DNA of 64,000 nucleotides, from NCBI GenBank assembly GCA_964016885.1, contig OZ024740.1, positions 67,952,001 to 68,016,000 on the forward strand. The letters run 5' to 3'. The stretch comes from Eledone cirrhosa (Eukaryota). Within the stretch, counting starts at the first letter, position 1. Every line of letters starts with the position of its first letter. A model generated the notes under the pieces. The model did not search any database. It had not been told where the DNA came from and saw only the letters and a program-made list of their open reading frames with translations. Made by a program: the position numbers and the translations under genes. This document shows positions 17,130 to 30,494 of this stretch, piece after piece.

Positions 17130-17440
17130 TTTTGAGTATATGTTGGTGGTATACCACACCTCAATATGCAGATTGGACCACTCGACGAAGTGCGCAGGTT
17201 GGTTTGGTTACTCCGGAGTAATGTAAAATAAAATAAAATAAATAAGTCAAATGTTTAAAATTTGGCTTCGTTTATTACTGCTACATATATTTCGGTGACA
17301 GCCATCTTTAGATGTGACCTCTTTAGGCAGTCCGAATTAGTGTGGTAAAGACGAGTACACATGTTGTTGAGGTGTATAACTTTGTCAATACTCTGATATG
17401 CCCAGTTCCTGGTTGGGTTGTTATTTCACTGAGGAACTTT
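17130..17440 (-). mobile_element. PLE pLTR-like repeat with degenerate hammerhead (second copy at 53328-53640)
   Basis: ~310-bp dispersed duplicate; minus strand actgc-CTAAAGA...GAAA-tatatg-TA-gcagt at 17277-17331. Confidence 0.6.
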
Positions 17441-17478
17441 TGACTTATTTATTTTATTTTATTTTATATATATATATT

Positions 17479-17558
<80 letters not shown>

Positions 17559-17799
17559 GGACACACCATACATATATCTTTATATATATATAGATAAAGA
17601 TATATACATTCCGCCCTGCCCGTATCCTCAATCTTTTTCTTTCTTCTTTATTTTCTAATTCCTCCTTCTGATGAAAGACAAGCGTCCATGTCGTTAAGAC
17701 CCTTTTCCTGCTATCTGAAGCGTTAAACTAATATATTCCTTCCATGTAGTGTTCCGTTTGATTTCTTATTTTTGTTATTTCTGTTTACCTTCTACATAC

Positions 17800-17882
<83 letters not shown>

Positions 17883-18029
17883 CGTATATATATATATATA
17901 TATATATATGCAAAAGTTCTATATAAAGTTGTTGGGATACAACAAGTAAATATTTTTATAACTGATATAAAGCACTCGTCTTTTTTCTTTTTCTTTTTCT
18001 TTCGCTCCGTCTTTTTCTAATTGTGCTTA

Positions 18030-18250
18030 ACACTATGACTTATTAATATAATATAAACAAATCACTATCCAGACAGCCTCCAAAAGTAATGGTTGCATTT
18101 TAAAAGGGTACGTCAAATCTATTTGTAAAACTGTTATATATTGTATTTTGTCTGATGAAGGCATACCATAATTTAATGTGGTATCCCTGAGATATGTATA
18201 ATGAAATAAATATGGTTTTATAAATATAGTTTCCATTTATTAATATCGTA
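18030..18250 (+). mobile_element. PLE pLTR-like repeat with degenerate hammerhead (family of 52461-52775 and 20040-20137)
   Basis: CTGATGA, atacca..tggtat hairpin, ctGAGA; the tail aataaatatggttttataaatatagtttccatttat is shared with 52724-52760. Confidence 0.6.
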
Positions 18251-18282
<32 letters not shown>

Positions 18283-18799
18283 AATATATATTTATTTATA
18301 TACATATAGGTGTGTGTGTGTGTGCATGTGTGTGTGTGTGTATGTGTGTGTGTGTGTATGTGTGTGTGTGTCTGTGTGTGTATCTGTGTATGTGTGCGTG
18401 TATGTTTGCGCTCTTTGTTATTGGCTTCGCCATCCCCATCTAATAAATATTGTTTTTGTAACGGAAATTAGAATGTATATATTCGCTGAAAATATATTAA
18501 CTGACATATCCTCTGCATAATAATTCAATTTTTCAATCTAATGACATAATCTTATCATCTGGTTGCAATTTGTTTTCAAATCGAATAATGCATATTCAGA
18601 GACAATGATTGAATGATGTCGAAGTTTTATATCGGCTGTATGTTTAATTTTTAATAATTATTATTTTAGAATGTTAAATTCTGTAAGTTTGTTCGGTACC
18701 TTCTTTGAATAAATATGTGCAGAGCAATACTCAATTTGTGTTGCTCTGCAATCTTTCTTAATATGTCAGTGATGAATCGTCTTTCAGCGCTCTAATTTG

Positions 18800-19090
18800 C
18801 ATGATGAGTTCACAAGTGTTAAGCTAAAGAAGAAACATCTGCTCGTATCTGAGAAGCAGAAGTTAGAACATATAAAAAAGATACAGCTGGTCTTTCGATG
18901 CCGAGATTTTGTGAAGCGAATAGAGTTTAAAACCAAAAAGCTTGAAACATATGAACAGCTAAGTACAACACCGTTTCATTTTCTTTGAAATAGTATGCTG
19001 ATGTAAATTTTATATCGGCATATGTTGGTAGAAAAAGCAAAGAGAATGACAAACGCAAGAAATCTGGAAGTAGTTTATACAACAACTATC
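18800..19090 (+). mobile_element. Possible degenerate pogo/Tigger-like transposase N-terminus
   Basis: KKKHLLVSEKQKLEHIKKIQ resembles the CENP-B/psq HTH start of Tigger-type transposases; frameshifted, no TIRs seen. Confidence 0.3.
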
Positions 19091-19801
19091 CAAGTTAATT
19101 TATATAGGTATCAACAATATTGAAACTATTTCCGGGTTGCTTATAAGGATTATATATTGTCATCAAGTCTTAAATTATACTTCCTACGCTACAGCAATCA
19201 GTGAATCAATCAATACTATCGAACAATCAAAGAAGGGTCCATATAATTCATTTAGTATGAAATACTATTAATTTCCGTAGTGTTAAATAGGGATAAAGCT
19301 GGGTTGTGTTAGCAGTCGTTAGCCTGGGACACCGAAGTTTCTAAAATTAAATACGCCGAAACGTGGTTGTATATTAATGAACATTTTCCGGTGTTATGTT
19401 GCAAAAATGCAGACTGTATGTACCATTGAACAGCTAGCGATGTAATATTATCATTTACATATAGATATGTTGAACTAGCATGCCTTTCATCCTTACCGGG
19501 TCGATCAAATAAAGTACCAGTAATGGACTGAGATAATTGCTGGCCTTGTGCCAAAAGTAGAAACGATTATTTAGTGATTAATTTTTTTCATGAATTGTAT
19601 TCCTGCACTGGACAAATACCAACCAGAAGTTCTTAAATATTCTGAAGACGAAGTTTTGAACAACGCAATTGCACACTTAATTAGTTAATTTGTCAGTAAA
19701 AGTACAACACCTTCTTACACACACACATATATAAGTGCGTATATATTATGATATATATTTACACACACACACACAACCACACATACACACACACATATAT
19801 G

Positions 19802-19835
<34 letters not shown>

Positions 19836-19876
19836 GAGTGTGTGTGTGTATGCATATATTCCTATATATATAATTG

Positions 19877-19943
<67 letters not shown>

Positions 19944-20297
19944 GAGGTTATATTTAATTTGCTGGGATTCAACAAGCTTAAACATTATTATAACTTTTAT
20001 AACGCACTCAACAAGTTAGTGGAGTAAATACACAATATATTAATAAATGGATATTTATAAAACCATATTTATTTTATAATACATAATTTCAGGGCAACCA
20101 AGACATAATATAGTGCGCTTTCATCATATAAAATACAGAGTGAGAAATGAAATTTCGTTTTCATTTTGTTTCAATTTATCGTTTTCGGTATGCCTGACCG
20201 ATTTAACTCACTCAATATGCAAATTAGGCTGCTCAGCCGTTAATTTTCATAAGGAAAGTATATACTTTCGAACGTTCAGCTATCTGGCAAATGGGTA

Positions 20298-20342
20298 AAC
20301 GGTGCTGATGATAGCTAACAAGCTTGAAACTAGTACATCGTT
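20298..20342 (+). ncRNA. Type I minimal hammerhead ribozyme
   Basis: aacggtg-CTGATGA-t-agct(aaca)agct-t-GAAA-ctag-TA-catcgtt: 7-bp stem I, intact core, palindromic stem III, GUA cleavage site. Confidence 0.85.
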
Positions 20343-20769
20343 CCTGTGTCAGTGTTGAACAAAAAGGTGACGTGGTTGCCTTAACACCGTATGGCATAAA
20401 CTCAGGCTGTTAAGTTTGTTTACAAACGAACAAAGCGACGTTATAATAAGCGCCGCTAAACTGATACGTGCATATATGTATGTGTACCTGTATGCATATG
20501 TATGTATATATGTATATATATATATATATGTGCATGCTACTGTACGTCTGTATACATATATGTATATACGTATACATGCATACTTACATTTAAGTAAGTG
20601 CCATACTAAGAGTGAGAAATGAAATTTCGTTTTCATTTTGTTCCAATTTATCGTTTTCGGTATGCCTGACCGATTTAACTCACTCAATATGCAAATTAGG
20701 CTGCTCAGCCGTTAATTTTCATAAGGAAAGTATATACTTTCGAACGTTCAGCTATCTGGCAAATGGGTA

Positions 20770-20814
20770 AACGGTGCTGATGATAGCTAACAAGCTTGAA
20801 ACTAGTACATCGTT
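20770..20814 (+). ncRNA. Type I minimal hammerhead ribozyme, second tandem copy
   Basis: Identical motif 472 bp downstream of the first. Confidence 0.85.
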
Positions 20815-21117
20815 CCTGTGTCAGTGTTGAACAAAAAGGTGACGTGGTTGCCTTAACACCGTATGGCATAAACTCAGGCTGTTCAGTTTGTTTACAAACG
20901 AACAAAGCGACGTTATAATAAGCGCCGCTAAACTGATACGTGCATATATGTATGTGTACCTGTATGCATATGTATGTATATATGTATATATATATATATA
21001 TATGTGCATGCTACTGTACGTCTGTATACATATATGTATGTACGTATACATGCATACTTACATTTAAGTAAGTGCCACACTAAGAGTGAGAAATGAAATT
21101 TCGTTTTCATTTTGTTT

Positions 21118-21156
<39 letters not shown>

Positions 21157-21235
21157 TAAACAGAAATGACAACACAATCGGTACAGTATATGGAAGGGAT
21201 ATATTAGGTTAACACTTGATATAGCAGGCAGAGGG

Positions 21236-21271
21236 TCTTAACATTTCGGACGCTCGTCCTTCTTCAGAAGA
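21236..21271 (-). ncRNA. Minimal hammerhead in a pLTR-like repeat (degenerate relatives near 17667 and 37600)
   Basis: tctt-CTGAAGA-a-ggac(gagc)gtcc-GAAA-tg-TT-aaga; stem III probably decayed from cg. Confidence 0.6.
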
Positions 21272-21393
21272 GAGAATGAGAAACAAGATAGATTGAGGGG
21301 ACGGGTGGGTTGGAATTCGAAAACCTGTCTTTAGATAAAAATAACAGGTCCATTCATGTTGACACCTGAAAGCTGGTCTGTGTGTGTGTATGC

Positions 21394-21545
<152 letters not shown>

Positions 21546-21790
21546 GTATACACACGCATACACACACAAAGCAGTGTTCACTCAGCTAGAGAAAAGAGTT
21601 GGATGTCATAGCTGCAAGATATGTGAAACTTTGCTTTTTCCATGGTCGACAAATTTGGCGTAGAGAGGGGAGAGTGGTGGTTTTCCATATTTCCTTAATA
21701 AGACATTACCCTGTCAACTGCCTCGGAGTGAAACTCTCTAGGTGCAAAATACATTGTCATTTCTGACTGAAAAGCTTATCTTTTGCTTTG

Positions 21791-21856
<66 letters not shown>

Positions 21857-22125
21857 TATCCTATATTTAGGCATCCTTGCTGATGAGTATAACAGCCCGG
21901 TTACGTAAGTATTTACACATAATACGTGATCTTTTGAACGTTTACGATCTATACCTACATTTGTGAAGATATGTTGCACAGAAACGATTTCGATGGGGCT
22001 TGAATATTTTACCTTCCTCAATACCAAAATACCGCCACCATATCTGCTCTTAACTAGATGTGCACACTTTGAACTGGTGATTGCAGTTGCATTGCTGTTC
22101 AGTGAACTAGATGCTGGCCGGGAAT

Positions 22126-22191
22126 CGCGTAACAGTTCGATACATAATAAATGTATTTTATATGTAAACGAAACTTCCTCACTTTTTCTAT

Positions 22192-22264
<73 letters not shown>

Positions 22265-22325
22265 GAAAAAGTGAGTTTTGTTTACATATAAAATACATTT
22301 ATTATGTATCGAACTGTTACGCGCG
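22126..22325. repeat. ~65-bp inverted repeat flanking a (TA)n tract; right arm continues into a hammerhead 3' half
   Basis: cgcgtaacagttcgatacataataaatg... versus its reverse complement at 22260-22323; minus strand continues GAAA-cgcgcg-TA-acag. Confidence 0.7.
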
Positions 22326-23312
22326 TTTCGCGATGTGACAAAAATATTAACCTCTAAATTGTGCTTCATCCAACAAACAAACAAACACACACTCATACAC
22401 ACACACACACACACACACACTATATATATATATATATATATATATGTGTATACAGAGAGAGAGGGGGTGGGAGAGAGAAGGCATCAAGTTACTATAGGTT
22501 CCCTATTGGATATATGTAGACGGAAATAACCTTAGGAACTGCAACTGCAATGAGAAACTATTAATGAGAAGGAAATATGGATGTTTATGTGCTTAATTAG
22601 TGCCTGATACTTCTGAGGATGTAAAAGCGAAATCATTGTTTATAAGCCTTAATGTTTGATCTAAATTTGATAGTCATATCAGTAGTTTAAGATAACATGT
22701 ATTTAATATCAGAATGTGAGTGGGGTCTATCAACAAAAATTAAAGGAATTATTTCTCTATTAGCTGCTAAAGACCTCCACTTTAATCACCTGAACACACC
22801 GAGTTGAAAATATTCCTCACTAATCTTCCCCACGTAGTTTCAATTCCATCTTTTTTTCAATAATCGTCAATTGTAAGCTGCATGCATATGTAGTATGGTT
22901 TTGATCAAATTTATTTCGGCCTGTACCACTTTAATATTTTAAGGATGTATCTAGAATTACATTATTCACTGTCCCTTTAAGATTATCGAATGATATCTAA
23001 CAGGTTCAATGACAAATTAGCTGATACACCTTTGTGTGTATGTTTACTTGTTGGTTTGGTATGCCCCAACACCACTTTATAATACCAGAATACGAGAAGT
23101 TCAAAATGTTACATAAAAATAGATAGCCACTTCTCCAATAAACAATATTGTATAAATATATATATATCGTAGATATGATTAATATATACTTTTCTCAGAC
23201 ACGGTTTCAGATTGCTAAGATCTTATAACGCAACTATCGTAGTACCATGAAACTAGATTATGAAAAGTTTATATGTTTAGTTGAAATACATATTACACAG
23301 TATCTTCCTTGG

Positions 23313-23376
<64 letters not shown>

Positions 23377-24669
23377 CACACACACATATAAACATATATG
23401 TATATATTTATATACGTATATGTATGTATACCTGTGGGTGTGTGTTTGTTTTTGTGCATGTGGATACGTGTGTGCATGTATGTGTGTGCGTGTGATAGCG
23501 TGTATAGCCTTTCTAAATACACATGTGAATGCAGTATTCTGTATGGTCTACCTATTGCCTATACACCCGTGATCTCATAATTATACGCAATTTATTCCCA
23601 AATTAATCACGAGTATTCCACATTCAACTATGGAATCTTTTAAATTTGACCTGTAAAGGTGATGTCAAGCTGGTTTAAAATTACTAAATGCACGTGCCTT
23701 ATTATCCCTAGTCATTTTTTTCATACCTTTACTTCAGTCTTGTTTTACAGTGTTGGGATAGCTATTGATTTGGCTTTATTATAAATAAATCACAAAGTGG
23801 ATTATAATGTCTCAAGCTTCCTGTTGATAGAAAAAATAAATAAATAAAAATAAGTCAATGAAAAAAGAACATTAGCATTGACAAAATATTAAAATACAAA
23901 TATCACAGCAGTCTCCATCAAAAATATAATTCGTAAATTCACAGAACAGCCTTTATTCGTTGTATAAAAAAAAATGCAGAACGAAATTGAAATTAGAAAA
24001 AAGAAAGAAACCTCGAGAATGCAACAGCTTTTTTGTGAATATATAAATATATACGAATACAAAACCAAATTATGTTGAAAAAGAGATTTTCTTCAACAAT
24101 TCCTTGTAAAAATCAATAAAATTATTTGTATTCTTCTATAAAATATTTTATATGAATATTTTTATTGTGTATTGAGAGAATGAATGTCTAGAGAGTTTAG
24201 GTTTTTACAAATAAAATATGTATATATGTATTGACAATTTCCTTCCAGGCTGTTGAGAGAAATTATAGATGCAGACATACATAAATACATACATACCTAC
24301 ATACATATACATACACAAATGGATACATACACATACACATACATACATATATACATAGATATATACATATATATATTTACACATGTAAACATCCATACAC
24401 ACAAAAACACACCGTGTATATATATATATATATATATACATTGTGAAAGAGAAGGGGGGGAGGGGTTGAGAACGAAAGAGAGTGAAATAAAAAATACAGG
24501 AAGATAGATAGATAGGTGGATAGAGGGAGCCACTGAGACATCTACGCACACAAAGGGTAAGAATAGGAATCAGATAACAGTGACCTTGCAATTAAGAAAA
24601 AGGATATTCCAGTCTGACTAAGACATCCATTTTGTTTACATTTATATCTTTTATATAGTTGCCTCCCTT

Positions 24670-24857
<188 letters not shown>

Positions 24858-25498
24858 CATATACAGAAACAATATGGTTCTTTTTTTTTTGTTCAAAATA
24901 TATTTTTTGCCTTGAAAATTTATTTCCTGGACAGAGTGAAAAGAAAAATGTCTGCCACGGTAATATGGCTACGCATAAATATACAAACATAAAAAGAAAA
25001 TATTAAATAAAACAAAGTTAACCACAGACAAATAGCTTTTTGGTGTTATAAATTTGACAGGTATTGGTGAGGAAGACATGTATAACACCCTACCATTTAA
25101 GTCCCTCCGTCACGCGAAATGCTTATTTATTTCATACACACACGAAGACACACGCACATGCATGACATATATATATACATGCATAAATACATACATACTT
25201 ACATACATATATACATACATGCATACATACAAGTATTCATACAAAAATGCATACACGCATATATATATATACATACACACATACATTCATACACATAGAA
25301 GCTTCATAACTAAGCTCACATACATAAAGACACCGCATAACCCTACAAAAACATGTATCTGTGAATATATGCAAAAACGCTAGTCTTCAGTTTCTCGGAT
25401 GTTCATCTTAAACCAACGTGCGCCTACACACGCAAACACATACACACATATATACACACATGCAAACTTATACGCACACACGCACAAACATACAAACC

Positions 25499-25533
<35 letters not shown>

Positions 25534-25695
25534 TTAGAAACACACAGATACATGCGGATACACACAAATATACATGAATGCATCCGCACCCAACTGTTTC
25601 TCGACCGTTATATCGCGTGACTATCTCCCCCTCCGCCTTTTGGGATTCTTTCTCACGTCGTGTAGACGCGTTCTTGAGACTAGTAAAATGAGGTA

Positions 25696-25783
25696 TCCTC
25701 TTGATAAGTTGGCAGACCTCGCAAGGACTCTATATCTTTGATATATTGTTTTTGTTTATGCCACGAAACTACGTAGTCGAGGA
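25696..25783 (+). ncRNA. Type I hammerhead with U3:A8 variant core
   Basis: tcctc-TTGATAA-gttggca...tgccac-GAAA-ctacgtag-TC-gagga; 5-bp stem I, GUC site, palindromic stem III. Confidence 0.75.
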
Positions 25784-26286
25784 ATTTAGGAGCAGTTTAG
25801 GTATGATACATTTTATTACTAATTATATCTAAATGTTTCTTCTATCTTCATAATGTATTTTTAACTCTGATACTGGTTCAGTCTGGTTCAAACTGAATTG
25901 GTCTGTCCCAGTCATTCATTGAGCAACATCGGTGAAGTTGGCACCCTTAACTCACAGTTGGGTGCGGATGCATTCATGTATATATGTGTGTGTCCGCATG
26001 TATCTGTGTGTTTCTAAATATATTAATAACTCCCTCTGGTCGAGCAATCTTTGAAGTGTGGCGACAACTGGAAAGCTTCCATTACTCATACTTCTCGCCT
26101 TCTTCACTACCTCTTCTACGGCCTCGATATGAATACCCCCTCCGCCTCCGTGGTATTTTCTTCGTGGTTATAAGAGGCTTAGCTCTGTTTCTCGACCGTT
26201 ATATCGCGTGACTATCTCCCCCTCCGCCTTTTGGGATTCTTTCTCACGTCGTGTAGACGCGTTCTTGAGACTAGTAAAATGAGGTA

Positions 26287-26374
26287 TCCTCTTGATAAGT
26301 TGGCAGACCTCGCAAGGACTCTATATCTTTGATATATTGTTTTTGTTTATGCCACGAAACTACGTAGTCGAGGA
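26287..26374 (+). ncRNA. Type I hammerhead with U3:A8 variant core, second copy
   Basis: Identical motif 591 bp downstream. Confidence 0.75.
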
Positions 26375-26446
26375 ATTTAGGAGCAGTTTAGGTATGATAC
26401 ATTTTATTACTAATTATATCTAAATGTTTCTTCTCTCTTCATAATG

Positions 26447-26479
<33 letters not shown>

Positions 26480-26679
26480 ATTCCGAAGAGATTGTTTCGG
26501 TAAAAACAGGAGCAGGAGAAAGTTCTTAACATTCGTAGTTTGTATTTACGATGGAGATTCAGCATAATAATTGTTTCTACTTTTGGCACAAGGCCAGCAA
26601 TTATCCATAAAGGACTATTTGCTGCAAAAAAGATGGTGATGAAAAAACGATTTTTGTAACATCAGCATTTTATATTAAT

Positions 26680-26799
<120 letters not shown>

Positions 26800-27301
26800 T
26801 AAATGTACGGCAACACTCATATTCTTCCATTTCTCCGAGGTTATAAACCCCACTCTCAGGCTAGAAATTTCTTTAGTCTCACATATGGTGAAAGCTTATA
26901 ATTTCTAATTTCTAATTTCAAACTCGCACACCGTTTCAAAAACATACTTACATGTTTACGTTTATAATTTGCTTGTTTATATATATATATATATATATAT
27001 ATACTTATACACGTTTGCTTACAAATGTTGGATTCACATTATATAGATATATAAATATGTATATATATAAGCAGATATACATATATATACACAGGCAAAT
27101 ACACACACATGCACATAAATGCAGAATCAACCATAATTGCGTTCTCAATGCATTGACATAGAGAGACACAGGTACATACACAAACACACATACACAGAAA
27201 CATGAAACACACGACGACAAATCAGTTAACATCCCAGTCTTAAGTTGTCTTGGGTACATATCATGAATATAGGACTTGTAGTTATTCTATAAGGTGCATG
27301 A

Positions 27302-27486
27302 AGGTGGATTGGCAGTATCGGTAGAGGGTCAGACGCCATGCTTTGGCGCATACAATTACAGCTCTATCCATTCTGAGTTCAAATCCCGTCGAGGTTAACT
27401 TTGCCTTTCATCCTTATGGGGTCGATAAAATAAAGTACCAGTAATGCACTGGGTAATTGCTGGCATTGTGCCAAAAGTAGAATCAA
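27302..27486 (+). mobile_element. tRNA-derived Meta-like SINE
   Basis: Same head, B box and gcctttcatcctt..ggtcgataaaataaagtacc core as the 2426 copy. Confidence 0.8.
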
Positions 27487-27542
27487 TTGTGTGTATATAT
27501 ATATACATACACACACACACATATGTATATACACACGCACAA

Positions 27543-27602
<60 letters not shown>

Positions 27603-27619
27603 AATAAATAAATAATAAT

Positions 27620-27658
<39 letters not shown>

Positions 27659-27779
27659 ATGTCTATATAATAAATATAGTAAATATATTTATATATTGAA
27701 AATAGAATTAAAAGGTTTTATCGATCATTGGTTGCATGAAGCAGCCTTCTGAATGCAATTGTGTCGCTCAACAATAGGG

Positions 27780-28697
27780 TCATCCATGTCACCCTGGACG
27801 CTCACGCCCGAGGCCTCTTTTTTTCGGCAAGCCTCACCGTTCTCTAGATGAAAGAGGGTGGAATACGCACCATCGCCGCGGACAAGGACTTCCGGAGGCT
27901 GGCTGCCAAGGTGGTCTGTAGGTCCATAAAACCCGACATGGGTGAGGAGTTCAGTTTGGTGCAACTGGCTGTCGGCGTGTCCGGTGGCTGTGAGAGGCCG
28001 CACATGCAACCAGGAAGTTCTTCAGCCGCTGCCCACCGGAACCGGCATCCAGGGACTCCAGGTACCTCATTATCAAGCTTGACTTTGATGAATGCCTTTA
28101 ACTGCTTTCGCCGGGACCATCTGTTCGAAGCCTGCTTCAGCCGAGCCCCCTTTGCCTACCCGCTGGCCTTCCTGTCGTATGGAGTCCCGAGCATGCTGAT
28201 ACGGTCATAACTTCGGCCACTGGGATCCAAAAGGGTGACCCTTTGGGACCCCTCCTGTTTGCCCTTGGTATAGACCACATCGCTCGGAGTATCACGGCCT
28301 CTCTCAATGTTTGGTATATGGATGATGCTACGTTGGGCGAGCCCGTACAGACTGTCTGCCATGACCTACAATCCATGGTTCCTGCCCTGGCAGAATGGGC
28401 CTCCAGGTCATCTCGGCCAAGTCCGAGGTAGTGAATGTCAACCACGATGCTGAGAGCTTTGCAGCCTCCGTCTTGGACGTGAAGTCCATTCTCCACCAGG
28501 TACAACTGACCACCAAAGAGGATGTCCTCATCCTCAGGTCACTGATCCACCCACCGGCCATCCGCTCCACCATCAGGTCCAGGCTTCAACAACTCCAGAC
28601 CCTGTCGAGCCGACTGGGCTTGATTGACTGCCACCCGGCCCTCTTTCTGTTGAGGAACTGCTTCGCCATGCCGAAGCTCCTCTATACCCTTCGCACG
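27780..28697 (+). mobile_element. CRE-clade non-LTR retrotransposon RT fragment (pseudogene)
   Basis: GC-rich block translating KEGGIRTIAA...FRRLAAK, QLAVGVSGGCE, NAFNCFRRD, GIQKGDPLGPLLFALGI, VWYMDDATLG, ALFLLRNCFAMPKLLYTLRT, all typical of CRE-like RTs; frameshifted. Confidence 0.8.
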
Positions 28698-29528
28698 TAA
28701 AATAAGAAAATGATAGTAATTAACTTACTTAAATTTCAACTCAAACTAATTTCACTCCAACTAATTAGTTTCTGAAAGGGGATATACATAGTCTTCAAAT
28801 GGAGACCATGGAGAATCCTTTCAGAAACTAATTAGTTGGAGTGAAATTTAAGTAAATAAGTTAATTACTATAATTTTCTTATTTTACGTCTTTTATATAA
28901 TTGTCCTACATCTCTTTGTATTGAACCACACATTTACTAAGACAAAACCTATATCTTTACTAGCGTAAGTATACATCTGTATAAATATGTTGGTAGATAT
29001 ACTAATTCTTTATAATTATCTCCAAATTATTTTGTTGAGAAAAAATTTGTCTGAATTACTACTATGGTTCATAGTATTAGTTTGGCTACTGTCTTTTCAA
29101 CACCACACTCCTCACTAATTAACCTCGATGTCACGTGATTGATTCTTTTGAATTTGCTACTGACCAGAAAGGCAGTGAAATGTTCATTGTCTTGGAATTT
29201 AGTCCGCACTTTCTTTTTTCCATCCACTGAATTATTTTTGTATGAGTTCCCTGTGTCCGCCTATTGCCAGGAATCTTAGCCAAGAATGTCTCCCTGATGA
29301 AGAAAGGATTCTCCATGGTTTCCATTTAGAGACTATGTATATCCCCTTTCAGAAACTAATTAGTTGGAGTGAAATTTAAGTAAGTTAATTACTATAATTT
29401 TCTTATTTTACGTCTTTTTTATAATTGTTCTACATCTCTTTGTATTGAACCACAAATTTACTAAGACAAAACCTACCACTTTACTAGCGTAAGTATACAT
29501 CTGTATAAATATGTTGGTAGATATACTA

Positions 29529-29535
<7 letters not shown>
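28697..29535 (+). mobile_element. Hammerhead-bearing pLTR-like element with direct and inverted partial duplications
   Basis: 28697-28825 is the reverse complement of ~29302-29412; 28816-29010 is a direct copy of ~29345-29535. Confidence 0.75.
29290..29369 (+). ncRNA. Type I minimal hammerhead ribozyme
   Basis: ctcc-CTGATGA-a-gaaagg...cctttc-a-GAAA-ctaattag-TT-ggag. Confidence 0.8.
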
Positions 29536-29602
<67 letters not shown>

Positions 29603-30268
29603 ACAAATATATCATCTATTTGATCTACAAATGTGTCAATCCCTAAATATATACTTTAGTGTAATTTTTAAAGACATAGTCACATACAACAATTATATAC
29701 AGCACATAAAATGTCTTTAATTACCGACCGACAAATGTGTGAAAAATATTGGTTGCAGCGATAAAATGTAAATAAAGTTTTTTCTAAAGTAATCGAAGGT
29801 TGTAATTTTTTAGAAATATTTAACTCGACAGAGTTAAATATTAAGAAATAAACCATTAAATAATCAAGCAATTCCCACCTTCCATAAATTTAGAAAACAA
29901 CTCTGATTGTATTTTCTCCGTGCAAATATTGTGATATGCGCATATATCGGTCGGTAATTAAACATTTCTTATATGTTATAGGTAATTGGTCCTCTATAAT
30001 ATGATCTCTCTATAAACGTAGTGTAAATAAGATCGGTAGGGAATGATCTATGTGTAGAACAATTAAATAATGTATTAATTGTTGTTATTCGTGATCTATT
30101 TGATATGTACATATATAATCTAAGATTATAAGTCTAAAATGGGCGGAATTGTACAAAATGGATTTACTTCTGAAATACTATTTGCTAATCTGGATGTAGA
30201 ACATGTCACATCTGACCTGTATATAGCTAAACGCCTTACTGTTGTATTATCAAATTACTGAATTTAGC

Positions 30269-30333
<65 letters not shown>

Positions 30334-30450
30334 CGTGTGTGTGTATGGGTAGGTGTAGGTGTGTGTGTGTGTGCGTGTGTTTGTGTGTGTATATATATAT
30401 ATACATAGACACACACACACACACACACACATATATTTATATACATATAT

Positions 30451-30494
<44 letters not shown>

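Larger units (their letters stand above)
20138..21120 (+). repeat. Tandem 472-bp ORF-less repeat (2.07 copies), one hammerhead per unit; retrozyme-like
   Basis: Unit starts gagtgagaaatgaaatttcg at ~20138, 20610 and 21084; copies nearly identical. Confidence 0.9.
25525..26449 (+). mobile_element. ORF-less 591-bp-period repeat with two hammerheads and an inverted 5' segment
   Basis: 25594-25858 matches 26185-26449 (direct); 25525-25596 is the reverse complement of 25955-26022; bounded by (TA)n. Confidence 0.85.

Noticed and set aside
21878-22000. CTGATGA...GAAA hammerhead candidate
   Set aside because: Stem II is plausible, but stems I and III do not pair convincingly
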